Origin: Vicugna vicugna
Taxonomy: Eukaryota
Reading direction: 5' to 3'
Assembly (NCBI GenBank): GCA_013265495.1
Contig: MU058103.1
Span: 560,001 to 624,000, forward strand
DNA: 64,000 bases
Part shown: piece by piece, positions 63,350-64,000 of the stretch
Layout: each line of letters opens with the position of its first letter
Numbering within the stretch: the stretch's first letter is position 1
Translations under genes and position numbers: made by a program
Notes under the pieces: generated by a model
Database searches by the model: none
Told to the model about the DNA's origin: nothing
The model's input: the letters and a program-made list of their open reading frames with translations, nothing else

Positions 63350-63960
63350 TAGATACTGCAAAAGGGAAATCAAAATTTTAAATATAAACTATTTAGAAAT
63401 GGACAGAAATAAGAAAAGTTTATGAAATTATGTGATGCAACAGTATCTGTACTCAGAGTAAAATGTGTAGTTTTATATGCCTTTTCATATGCTTTAATAA
63501 AATTATTACAAATACATAAACTAAAATTCAACTGTAGAAACTAGAAAATAAACAAAAGAAACCAAGATAGAGAAGTGTTAATGAAAGTAAAAAATTAATA
63601 TATTTAAAACTAAAAGAAAAGTAAGAATGATAAAAGTAAAATATATTTCTGTAAAAAAAAATCAACAGAATAATGAACACCAATAAGTCTGATTCAGAAA
63701 ATATTTAAAAGCAAAAATATACAACATAAGGAATAAAAATTGTGATGTATAACTATAGATACAAGTGAGATTAAACAAAATTATAAAGGAATTGTATTTC
63801 CATAAATATGCAAATAAATTTGAAGTATGTAAAATGGATGACTTTCTAGCAAAACATAAATTATAAAAATTGGCCCAATTATATAGGAAATAAATATCAA
63901 GTGTATTATATTTTAAAAATACACTACTATAAAAGTAGTTTTAAAAAATCCACAAGCCTA
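63350..63960 (+). mobile_element. Very old L1 ORF2 fragment
   Basis: A-rich; gtactcagagtaaaatgtgtag; atatgcaaataaatttgaa...aaaatggatgactttctag. Confidence 0.7.
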
Positions 63961-64000
63961 TTTTTAACTTGAAAGTGGAGATGCCTGTTTTAGCACAAGA

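Overview
This window is AT-rich, CpG-depleted eutherian mammal DNA, intergenic or deep-intronic. It is probably from a camelid: it carries two tRNA-Ala(AGC)-derived vic-1-like SINEs and a young L1 3' end, and I saw no Alu, BovB/Bov-A, PRE-1 or CAN-SINE. I find no host protein-coding exon; every recognisable peptide in the ORF track is a LINE-1 ORF1/ORF2 remnant. Much of the window is interspersed repeat: L1 of several ages, L2, MIR, MLT1/MaLR solo LTRs, a Tigger-type MITE and microsatellites. The clearest non-TE-family feature is a near-perfect U6 snRNA retrocopy (36693-36796) with a poly(A) tail and a 14-bp target-site duplication (TSD), inserted in an old L1. Other notable observations are an orphan 3'-transduction-like insert with a perfect 17-bp TSD (29196-29420), three twin-primed (5'-inverted) L1 insertions, two chimeric retro-insertions each bounded by a single TSD, and an unexplained ~200-bp diverged direct repeat pair (6365-6574 and 9405-9606) that I cannot assign to a family. 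I do not see evidence for a new multi-gene biological system. Repeat subfamily names and the boundaries of old elements were judged by eye and are approximate.
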